Shown here: piece after piece, positions 12,761 to 20,380 of the stretch
Layout: the number at the start of each line of letters is the position of its first letter
Numbering within the stretch: position 1 is the first letter of the stretch
Assembly (NCBI RefSeq): GCF_000009705.1
Contig: NC_003272.1
Span: forward strand, 1,140,001-1,172,000
Reading direction: 5' to 3'
Origin: Nostoc sp. PCC 7120 = FACHB-418
GTDB lineage: Bacteria; Cyanobacteriota; Cyanobacteriia; Cyanobacteriales; Nostocaceae
Length of the DNA stretch: 32,000 bases
Notes under the pieces: generated by a model
Databases searched by the model: none
Told to the model about the DNA's origin: nothing
The model's input: the letters and a program-made list of their open reading frames with translations, nothing else
Program-made: the position numbers and the translations under genes

Positions 12761-13729
12761 ATGGATGTCAGCTTGATCATGTCAAACATCCTGAATCCGC
12801 CAGTACTCTTTTTCTTTCTGGGAATGCTTGCTGTTTTTGTCAAGTCGGATCTGGAAATTCCTGCGCCTATACCTAAAGCCTTATCGCTTTATTTGCTATT
12901 CGCCATAGGTTTTAAAGGAGGAGTAGAACTAATTAAAAGTGGGGTGACTCAGGAAGTGGTCTTCACGCTTCTGGCGGCGATGTTAATGGCCTGCTTTGTT
13001 CCCATTTACACGTTCTTTATTTTAAAACTGAAACTGGATACTTACGATGCGGCGGCGATCGCTGCCACTTACGGATCTATAAGTGCTGTTACCTTCATCA
13101 CCGCCAGCACCTTTTTAAGTGAGTTGGGGATTGCTTTTGATGGTTACATGGTCGCAGCCCTCGCCCTGATGGAATCTCCAGCCATTATTGTTGGTCTGAT
13201 CTTGGTCAATCTCTTCACCGTTGATGAAAAGCGAGAATTTGCCTGGTCAGAGGTTTTACAAGAAGCATTTTTGAATAGTTCCGTCTTTTTGTTAGTTGGT
13301 AGCCTCTTCATTGGCTTCTTAACAGGAGAACATGGTTGGCAAGTCTTAGAACCCTTTACACAAGGGCTATTTTACGGCGCTCTCACCTTCTTTCTCTTAG
13401 ATATGGGATTAGTGGCAGCCAGAAGAATTAAAGACTTGCAAAAAACAGGATTTTTCCTGATTTTATTTGCCATACTAATTCCAATACTCAATGCAGGCAT
13501 TGGCTTACTAATTGCCAAATTCATTGGTATGCCGGCGGGCGATTCTCTATTATTTGCTGTGTTGTCCGCTAGTGCTTCTTACATCGCCGTCCCAGCAGCT
13601 ATGCGGTTAACTGTTCCAGAAGCCAACCCCAGTCTGTATGTTTCTACCGCTTTGGCCGTGACATTTCCGTTCAACATTATTGTGGGCATCCCATTATACC
13701 AATACGGAATTAACCTATTTTGGAGGTAA
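12761..13729 (+). CDS. SbtA-family (sodium-dependent bicarbonate transporter-like) permease, short form
   Basis: 322 aa, with a ggaggggggg SD 1-2 nt (about 6 nt from the GGAGG core) upstream. By eye it aligns with Synechocystis SbtA (PPVLFFFLGMLAVF..IPAP..GFKGGVEL, and SASASYIAVPAAMRLTVPEANPSLYVSTALAVTFP). It lacks the long hydrophilic central loop. Confidence 0.8.
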   Translation: MDVSLIMSNILNPPVLFFFLGMLAVFVKSDLEIPAPIPKALSLYLLFAIGFKGGVELIKSGVTQEVVFTLLAAMLMACFVPIYTFFILKLKLDTYDAAAIAATYGSISAVTFITASTFLSELGIAFDGYMVAALALMESPAIIVGLILVNLFTVDEKREFAWSEVLQEAFLNSSVFLLVGSLFIGFLTGEHGWQVLEPFTQGLFYGALTFFLLDMGLVAARRIKDLQKTGFFLILFAILIPILNAGIGLLIAKFIGMPAGDSLLFAVLSASASYIAVPAAMRLTVPEANPSLYVSTALAVTFPFNIIVGIPLYQYGINLFWR

Positions 13730-13733
13730 TAAT

Positions 13734-14045
13734 ATGCAGCTAGTTAAAAAGATAGAAATTATTGCCAATGCCTTTGAATTGAGCAAAATCTTAGAAAGTT
13801 TAGACAAATCTGGAGTGCATGGTCATGCGGTCATCCGGAATGTTGCTGGTAAGGGATTACGAGGAACGACAGAAGATTTAGATATGACAATGCTCGACAA
13901 CGTTTATATTATTGCGTTTTGTCAGCCAGAGTATATCAAACCAGTAGCGGAAAATATCAAACCCCTGCTCAATAAATTTGGCGGTACTTGTTATATCTCT
14001 GATGTGATGGAAATTCGCTCTGTAAAATGCGTTGCTTCCTTATAA
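13734..14045 (+). CDS. PII-like signalling protein, SbtB-like
   Basis: 103 aa from the ATG at 13734, with a ggagg SD at 13722-13726; the track start at 13680 overlaps the permease. KIEIIANAFELSKILESLDKSGVHGHAVIRNVAGKGLRG matches the PII/SbtB fold pattern. It sits immediately downstream of the SbtA-like gene. Confidence 0.75.
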   Translation: MQLVKKIEIIANAFELSKILESLDKSGVHGHAVIRNVAGKGLRGTTEDLDMTMLDNVYIIAFCQPEYIKPVAENIKPLLNKFGGTCYISDVMEIRSVKCVASL

Positions 14046-14075
14046 AAGCAATTCGCAATCAATATTGGCTTTCTT

Positions 14076-15275
14076 TTAGCTGAACAATCGCTGCCATGTA
14101 AGTTTTTTTGTATGACTATCCCAATGCCAGCGCAATAAATTGGCAGGTTGACCCGGTTTCATTCCTGGCAAACCAATTGCCTTCCTTGGGGCATCAGTAG
14201 CAAGTACCAGTGCAGTTTCCACATCGCAAATTTCCCAATTCACCAAGTTTTCCACCCCTACTAATAAAGGTAAGGTTGTGCCTGATAATGTGCCATCTGG
14301 TAGCCGTGCAGTACCCCCTTGAACTTCTATTTGCCGACTATCCCAAGGATACACACCATCGGGTAGCCCTAAGGGAGCGAGGGCATCACTAACGAGAAAT
14401 ATTCCTTGAGTGGCACGGAGTAGGATTTGCAACATGATAGGCGAAACGTGCTGACCGTCGGCAATAAAACCACACATGACATGAGGATTAGTCATAGCTG
14501 CCCCCAAGAGTCCAGGTTCGCGGTGATGTAAGGGAGGCATGGCATTGAAGGCATGAGTTACCATTGTTGCACCCAACGCAAAAGCATTTTGGGCTTGGTT
14601 AGCCGTTGCCTGAGAATGTCCTAAACTAACCGTGATTCCTAAAGAACGTAAATATGGGATGACTTCTCCCGTAGGATCTAACTCTGGCGCTAAGGTGATG
14701 ACTTTAACAATATGGGCGTAATCTCCCAAAACCCGTTGGACTTCTTCTATTGTCAGAGGTAATAAATACTCGGCTGGGTGAGCGCCCCGCTTTTGATAGT
14801 TTAAGAAGGGGCCTTCTAGATGTACGCCTAAAATCTGGGAACCAGGTTGTGTGGTAGAGATAAAATCAGCAATAACAGCAAGCGATCGCTGGATATTTTC
14901 CACTGAAGTTGTCACCAGTGTAGGTAAAAATCCATCTACTCCCACATCCCATAAAAATTGGCAAATTTTCCCCAAAAAGTGGGCATTCTCAGCCGCCAAA
15001 TCAGGAAAAGCCAAGCCCAAAGCACCGTTAATTTGCAAATCAACGCCACCCAAAGAAATCCAATCTCCAGCCACATCTATTATTTGTAAGTCTGGTGACG
15101 CAACTCTGTTAAATCCAGTCCCCATCGGCAATATTTGTTCAATTATGCCCCCCTGATTCACCACAAGCATCTGTAAATCTTGGTAGCCAGGGACTTTAGC
15201 ATTAATAATATCTGTAGGCTTGTGTATGGTAGTCGGTAATTGGTAATCGGTAATTGTTAATTGGTAATTGCTCAT
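14076..15275 (-). CDS. nagA: N-acetylglucosamine-6-phosphate deacetylase
   Basis: 399 aa with amidohydrolase motifs GGVDLQINGALG, HLEGPFL, LGHSQA and THAFNAM. Confidence 0.88.
   Translation of the reverse strand: MSNYQLTITDYQLPTTIHKPTDIINAKVPGYQDLQMLVVNQGGIIEQILPMGTGFNRVASPDLQIIDVAGDWISLGGVDLQINGALGLAFPDLAAENAHFLGKICQFLWDVGVDGFLPTLVTTSVENIQRSLAVIADFISTTQPGSQILGVHLEGPFLNYQKRGAHPAEYLLPLTIEEVQRVLGDYAHIVKVITLAPELDPTGEVIPYLRSLGITVSLGHSQATANQAQNAFALGATMVTHAFNAMPPLHHREPGLLGAAMTNPHVMCGFIADGQHVSPIMLQILLRATQGIFLVSDALAPLGLPDGVYPWDSRQIEVQGGTARLPDGTLSGTTLPLLVGVENLVNWEICDVETALVLATDAPRKAIGLPGMKPGQPANLLRWHWDSHTKKLTWQRLFS
15234..15268. repeat. STRR-type heptamer array (cggtaat/tggtaat/tgttaat x5) inside the 5' end of nagA
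   Basis: The 7-bp periodicity is visible. On the minus strand it encodes NYQLTITDYQLPTT of the NagA N-terminus. Confidence 0.8.
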
Positions 15276-15387
15276 AAGTTACCTCCCTATCCCCTCATTC
15301 GTTGAATAGTAACTCTATGTGAGATGATAATTGCACCTACACCTTTATATGTGGGTAAAAATTTTGAATTTTGAATTTTGAATTATT

Positions 15388-15915
15388 ATGGCTCCCTTGG
15401 TTGGCATTATTATGGGCAGCGATTCAGATTTGCCCACAATGAAAGAGGCGATCGCTATTTGTGAGGAATTTGGTGTAGAAAATGAAGTGGCGATCGTTTC
15501 AGCCCATCGCACCCCAGAACGGATGGTGGAATATGCCCAAACAGCCCATCATCGGGGTATTAAGGTGATTATTGCTGGTGCTGGTGGTGCCGCCCATCTT
15601 CCCGGCATGGTAGCATCTTTAACTCCTCTACCAGTGATTGGTGTGCCAGTCGCTACACGAAACTTACAAGGTGTGGATTCTTTATATTCAATTGTACAAA
15701 TGCCTGGGGGTATTCCTGTGGCTACGGTGGCGATCGGTAACGCCAAAAATGCTGGACTATTAGCTGTGCAAATCCTCGCTACTCAACAGCCAGAATTATT
15801 AACTAAAGTCCAAGCATACCGTCAAAACCTATCTGAATCAGTAATAACAAAGCAAGCAAAGTTAGAACAACTAGGTTACAAGCAGTATTTGGAACAGGAA
15901 ATATCTGGAAAATAG
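15388..15915 (+). CDS. purE: N5-carboxyaminoimidazole ribonucleotide mutase
   Basis: 175 aa. [21 protein letters not shown] and [12 protein letters not shown] are the PurE class I signature. Confidence 0.95.
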   Translation: MAPLVGIIMGSDSDLPTMKEAIAICEEFGVENEVAIVSAHRTPERMVEYAQTAHHRGIKVIIAGAGGAAHLPGMVASLTPLPVIGVPVATRNLQGVDSLYSIVQMPGGIPVATVAIGNAKNAGLLAVQILATQQPELLTKVQAYRQNLSESVITKQAKLEQLGYKQYLEQEISGK

Positions 15916-16257
15916 ACAATGGGAACTGATGGGACAAAGGGGACTGGGGACAAGGAGAAACAAAGCTTTTGCCTTTGCGCGCTTCTTCATCCACGGGAGG
16001 TGTAGCCATAATTATTTGCTTAGGTAGGGAACAGGGAACAAAAAGAAAGGCAGGTATATCTGTACCGACTTTTTTCATCAATCAAATACAAGTCCTATAT
16101 ATCTCGGAGTTATTAACAGAAACTTATTTTTTTTATTTAAACTTAATAATTCTCTATCCGATGGGAGTTGATTATGGTGAAACGTTGACTTTACCGAGAA
16201 TTCCCGTATTTAATTTGACCAGGCATGGCGCATAAAATTTGTCTAAACGAAAAAAAT

Positions 16258-16271
16258 GTATTAACTAATAC
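16258..16271 (+). promoter_or_regulatory. NtcA-type binding box GTA-N8-TAC upstream of amt4
   Basis: The sequence tGTAttaactaaTACa is a perfect GTAN8TAC, extended to TGTA/TACA, about 235 nt upstream of the amt4 ATG. A TAaaT -10-like element follows at 16288-16292. That spacing is shorter than the canonical ~22 nt. Confidence 0.55.
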
Positions 16272-16506
16272 AGAATTAATGTTTAGGTAAATAGACAATC
16301 AATCAAATTTATTGATAAGTTAACCGAACAGCAACTTTCATAACAGAAATTAGTCACGCAATTTCTTAAACCTCAGATTTTGATTCTTAAGATGAGAAGT
16401 TGGGGTAGTTTTCGGGAAACCTCAATAAAAATTTTGACCAAATCTTGTCTACGTTATTTAGTTCACCTAAGCACAAAGGGTAAGTCTGCTACTACTAACA
16501 TCAATT

Positions 16507-18003
16507 ATGGCTATAAACACAGGAAAAAATAAGCTGATGAATAGGCATATTCGACCCTGGCAACGCCTATTGGTGTTAGCGATTGGCTCAATGGTATTTG
16601 CTGTTTTTGCACCGACAATTGTGCAAGCGGTAGATACTCCTACCCTAGAATCTTTATCAGAAACTACCATCAAACTGCAAATTTCCATTGATACTACTTG
16701 GGTATTACTTTCTGGGTTTTTAGTATTTTTCATGCAAACCGGCTTCGCCATGTTAGAAGCTGGTTTAGTTCGCCAAAGAAGTGTAGTTAACACCCTACTA
16801 GAAAATTTCATTGACGCTGCTGTCACGGTTTTGGCATGGTGGGCGGTGGGTTTTGGTATCGCATTTGGTACAAGTGCAGGTGGTTTGTTTGGTATAGATA
16901 CATTCTTTCTCAGCCAGTTACCGGGTGCTGATGGTAGCTACCCATTAGGCGCACCAGGTTCTACAGCTGCTATTAACACCTATACTTTGTTCTTTTTCCA
17001 GTTTGCCTTTGCTGCTACTGCCAGTACCATTACTACTGGTTCAATGGCTGGCAGAACCGACTTTATAGGTGACTTAATTTATAGTGCGATCATGGGTGCT
17101 ATTAGCTACCCAATTATCGTGCATTGGGCTTGGAACTCCAATGGTTGGTTAGGCAAACTCAGTTACCATGATTTCGCAGGTGGTTCAATTGTTCATACCG
17201 TAGGTGGCTGGACAGCATTAGTTGGGGCATATTTGCTTGGGCCTCGTCCCGACCGTCCTCCTTGGGGAAAACTACCACCAGCCCATAACTTAGCCTTGGC
17301 AACTTTGGGAACGATGATTCTCTGGTTTGGCTGGTATGGGTTTAACCCTGGTTCAACCCTTGGTACTGCTAATCCGGGGTTGATTGGGTTAGTAACTATC
17401 AACACCACATTAGCAGCAGGTGCTGGCGCACTAGCAGCATTAATCTTTCTGTATGTTCGTACAGGTAAGTGGGATTTAGTTTATTGTCTCAATGGTTCTC
17501 TAGCTGGTTTAGTCGCAATTACAGCACCTTGTGCTTATGTGGCTCCTTGGGCTTCTGTACTAATTGGTTTAACGGGGGGGATTGCGGTTGTATTAGGAGT
17601 GAGTTTAATTGAGTCACTCCACATCGACGACCCAGTGGGAGCATTTTCAGTCCACGGTATCAGTGGCATGATGGGTACTCTCTCCATAGGCTTTTTAGGA
17701 CAAGAGGAACTCACTCTCAATCAAAAAGCAGGACTATTGCTAGGTGGTGGGTTTGATCTGCTGGGTATCCAAATGCTGGGGATAGTGGCGATTACGGTTT
17801 TCACAGTCGCTTTTGCCTTTCTGATGTATGGTGGCCTCAAAGCTATGGGACACTTACGTGTTAATGCTGAAGCAGATCGTATTGGTATTGATACTTATGA
17901 ACATGGTGCTTCAGTGTGGCCTGATGTTTACTCAGTTGAAGAGTTGAGCAAACCACAAGAACATACAAAAATTTCTGAAAATAAAACTTTAGAGGGGGAA
18001 TAA
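16507..18003 (+). CDS. amt4: Ammonium transporter (Amt family), first of three tandem paralogues
   Basis: 498 aa with an N-terminal signal-like segment and Amt motifs (FFMQTGFAMLEAG, DFAGGSIVHTVGGW, WFGWYGFNPGS, DDPVGAFSVHG). The symbol is assigned by order, by analogy with the Anabaena PCC 7120 amt4-amt1-amtB cluster. Confidence 0.88.
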   Translation: MAINTGKNKLMNRHIRPWQRLLVLAIGSMVFAVFAPTIVQAVDTPTLESLSETTIKLQISIDTTWVLLSGFLVFFMQTGFAMLEAGLVRQRSVVNTLLENFIDAAVTVLAWWAVGFGIAFGTSAGGLFGIDTFFLSQLPGADGSYPLGAPGSTAAINTYTLFFFQFAFAATASTITTGSMAGRTDFIGDLIYSAIMGAISYPIIVHWAWNSNGWLGKLSYHDFAGGSIVHTVGGWTALVGAYLLGPRPDRPPWGKLPPAHNLALATLGTMILWFGWYGFNPGSTLGTANPGLIGLVTINTTLAAGAGALAALIFLYVRTGKWDLVYCLNGSLAGLVAITAPCAYVAPWASVLIGLTGGIAVVLGVSLIESLHIDDPVGAFSVHGISGMMGTLSIGFLGQEELTLNQKAGLLLGGGFDLLGIQMLGIVAITVFTVAFAFLMYGGLKAMGHLRVNAEADRIGIDTYEHGASVWPDVYSVEELSKPQEHTKISENKTLEGE

Positions 18004-18284
18004 AATGGCAAATCTGTTCAATATTTTATCTGACCAATCTTTACAGAAGTTTTTTGGAGAAGATATTGACAATGTGAGGCGATCGCTCCTCTAAATCGTC
18101 AAATTTTGTTCATTAAAGACTCAATGAAGGAGACATGAATAATTGGAAAAACAATCTATAATAAATTTTTCAGAATTCCTGAAAATAATATTTACAAAAG
18201 TGCCATCAATTTTCTAAACTCCTACTTAGGTCAATTAAATTTCCCATTTGTAAATTTGTGATGTCAATAAAGAATAGCAAATAA

Positions 18285-18388
18285 CCACTTAATTTCACCT
18301 AAGTAGTCTTTCTTTGTAAACTCCTCACACAAGAACTGATGAGAAAGAGTCTAGAAACTAGGAACTCAGTACTCATTACTTTCTTTTG
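18285..18388 (+). ncRNA. Candidate Yfr1-like small RNA (or Yfr1-like element in the amt1 leader)
   Basis: There is an exact copy of the cyanobacterial Yfr1 undecanucleotide ACTCCTCACAC at 18320-18330. A long imperfect hairpin follows at 18337-18378 (outer stem tgatgag/ctcatta, inner stem gagtctag/ctag-ga-actc), then a CTTTCTTTT tract at 18379-18387. A weak 5' hairpin (actta/taagt) lies at 18287-18304. The ends are not determined. Confidence 0.45.
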
Positions 18389-18425
18389 CTGTTAAAGATA
18401 GTTGGAAGGTTAGCAATTCGGACTC

Positions 18426-19982
18426 ATGTACCAACAGAAATCAAGAACAAGAAATAGGCGCTTTTCTACCAGAAATTACGCTAAAAGTAGACAATCTAAC
18501 TCGCAAATCCAGATATTCAATCTAGTCAAAAAACTCTCTCCCAGTTGGCAAGCTTGTATACCTCTGGCTTGTTTGATTGTTTTGGGTTGGAGTTATGTGG
18601 CAGTTGCTCAAGCCCCAGCCGCAGGGCCGACAACAGCAGAACTAAAAGTTGCGCTTGACACCCTATGGGTAGCGATCGCCGCTTTCTTAGTATTCTTTAT
18701 GAATGCTGGTTTTGGTATGTTAGAAACCGGCTTCTGTCGTCAGAAAAATGCTGTTAACGTTCTTGCCAAAAACTTAATCGTGTTCGCCCTGGCAACCGTT
18801 GCCTTTTGGGCAATTGGTTTTGGGTTAATGTTCGGTGATGGCAATGATTTCATTGGCTTCAATGGGTTGTTTCTCTCAGGAGTAGATAACAGCCCGGCAA
18901 CAGGTGATGCTTATAAAGGTGTCTTCAGCGCTTTAAGTTGGGCTGGCGTACCTTTAGCCGCAAAATTTTTATTCCAGTTGGTGTTTGCTGGTACTGCGGC
19001 AACAATTGTCTCTGGTGCAGTTGCCGAAAGAATCAAGTTTGTTGACTTCTTGATTTTCAGCCTTTTACTTGTAGGTATCGCCTACCCGATTACCGGACAC
19101 TGGATTTGGGGCGCTGGTTGGTTAGCCAAGGCTGGTTTTTGGGACTTTGCTGGTTCTACAGTGGTTCACTCAGTTGGCGGTTGGGCAGCTTTGATGGGAG
19201 CTGCATTTCTGGGTCCTCGTATTGGTAAATATCAAGATAAGCAAATTGTGGCTTTACCTGGTCACAACATGAGTATTGCTACCTTGGGCTGCTTGATTCT
19301 GTGGTTAGGTTGGTTTGGTTTCAACCCTGGTTCTGTCATGGCTGCTGACCCCAATGCTATTACTCACATTGCTTTAACAACTAACATGGCTGGTGCCGTT
19401 GGTGGTATTGCTGCTACTGCTACCGCTTGGCTGTACTTAGGTAAACCAGACCTGTCAATGATTATTAATGGCATTTTGGCTGGTTTAGTTGGTATTACCG
19501 CATCTTGCGCTTATGTGAGCATTCCTAGTTCTATTATTATCGGTTTGATTGCCGGAGTCATAGTAGTTTTCTCTGTGACCTTCTTCGACAAACTAGGTAT
19601 TGATGACCCAGTAGGAGCAACTTCAGTTCACCTTGTTTGTGGTGTTTGGGGTACTCTTGCGGTTGGTTTATGGTCGGTTGGCCCTGGTGTTTACTCTTGG
19701 TATGGTGAGGGACTTGGCCCAACCAAGGGTTTATTTGCAGGTGGCGGTTTAGGACAGCTGATTACTCAATTCTTAGGTGCTGCCGCAGTAGGTGGTATGA
19801 CTGTACTCGTCAGTAGCATTTTCTGGGTAGTACTGAAAGCTACTTTGGGTATTAGAGTCACCAGAGAAGAAGAATTGGAAGGCTTGGATATCGGCGAACA
19901 CGGTATGGAAGCCTACAGTGGATTCCTGAAAGAAGCTAGTCCTGGTGGATTTGCAGAAGGCAAGACATCTGACGGCTATTAA
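18426..19982 (+). CDS. amt1: Ammonium transporter (Amt family), second paralogue
   Basis: 518 aa with Amt motifs ([49 protein letters not shown]). It has an unusually basic ~40-aa N-terminal extension before the first TM. Confidence 0.9.
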   Translation: MYQQKSRTRNRRFSTRNYAKSRQSNSQIQIFNLVKKLSPSWQACIPLACLIVLGWSYVAVAQAPAAGPTTAELKVALDTLWVAIAAFLVFFMNAGFGMLETGFCRQKNAVNVLAKNLIVFALATVAFWAIGFGLMFGDGNDFIGFNGLFLSGVDNSPATGDAYKGVFSALSWAGVPLAAKFLFQLVFAGTAATIVSGAVAERIKFVDFLIFSLLLVGIAYPITGHWIWGAGWLAKAGFWDFAGSTVVHSVGGWAALMGAAFLGPRIGKYQDKQIVALPGHNMSIATLGCLILWLGWFGFNPGSVMAADPNAITHIALTTNMAGAVGGIAATATAWLYLGKPDLSMIINGILAGLVGITASCAYVSIPSSIIIGLIAGVIVVFSVTFFDKLGIDDPVGATSVHLVCGVWGTLAVGLWSVGPGVYSWYGEGLGPTKGLFAGGGLGQLITQFLGAAAVGGMTVLVSSIFWVVLKATLGIRVTREEELEGLDIGEHGMEAYSGFLKEASPGGFAEGKTSDGY

Positions 19983-20030
19983 AGGGGTTGATTACAAAAC
20001 TACCTAATCAATCCTCTATTTAGAATTTAT

Positions 20031-20063
20031 AACCCCGATTTCTCCAAGAAATCGGGGTTTTTT
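20031..20063 (+). terminator. Rho-independent terminator after amt1
   Basis: A perfect 11-bp stem aaccccgattt / aaatcggggtt with a 7-nt loop, followed by tttt. Confidence 0.8.
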
Positions 20064-20324
20064 AATTTAGCTTCCTATATAGCTGTTGCCAGTAGTGTTA
20101 GGACATCAATAGATGATACAACCTAGACATAACAAGACTTTTCACCTAGTACCCAGTTCCTAGTCCCTAGCTGTAAGTACGGAAGGGTTTAATTGATGAG
20201 TAAATCATTGAAAAATACAGAGTAATTGATTAACGGCATCTCCAGAAAGAATTATTTTTTGATTAAAATTTGCGGAAAGATAAATCAGAGTAGCTTGCAA
20301 GACAAAAATCTTTGGCTAAAAGTA

Positions 20325-20360
20325 ATGAAATGTAACTAAGTATACAAGGTTACATTTCAT
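20325..20360. promoter_or_regulatory. 36-bp palindrome with two overlapping GTA-N8-TAC boxes just upstream of amtB
   Basis: Perfect 12-bp arms atgaaatgtaac (20325-20336) and gttacatttcat (20349-20360) flank a central gtatac. GTAN8TAC occurs at 20332-20345 and again at 20340-20353. The palindrome ends 20 nt before the amtB GTG. Confidence 0.5.
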
Positions 20361-20380
20361 CAGGGAGTGGGAACATAGAC

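Noticed and set aside
15803-16235. ORFs 15803-16081 (-) and 15969-16235 (+) downstream of purE
   Set aside because: They overlap the purE 3' end or an STRR1-like (actgggg) repeat region. They have no SD and odd composition. The region more likely holds promoter or terminator elements for purE and amt4.
18316-18330. NtcA-like box TGTAAACTCCTCACA upstream of amt1
   Set aside because: The spacing is off by one (GTA-N8-ACA, not GTA-N8-TAC). The same bases are better explained by the Yfr1 undecanucleotide.
20150-20200. TTCACC ... GTAAGTACGGAAGG upstream of amtB, reminiscent of the glutamine (glnA) riboswitch core
   Set aside because: The GGAAGUAGG element is missing and I could not draw the three-stem junction or a convincing P1. 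It is probably a chance partial match. A covariance-model scan would settle it.
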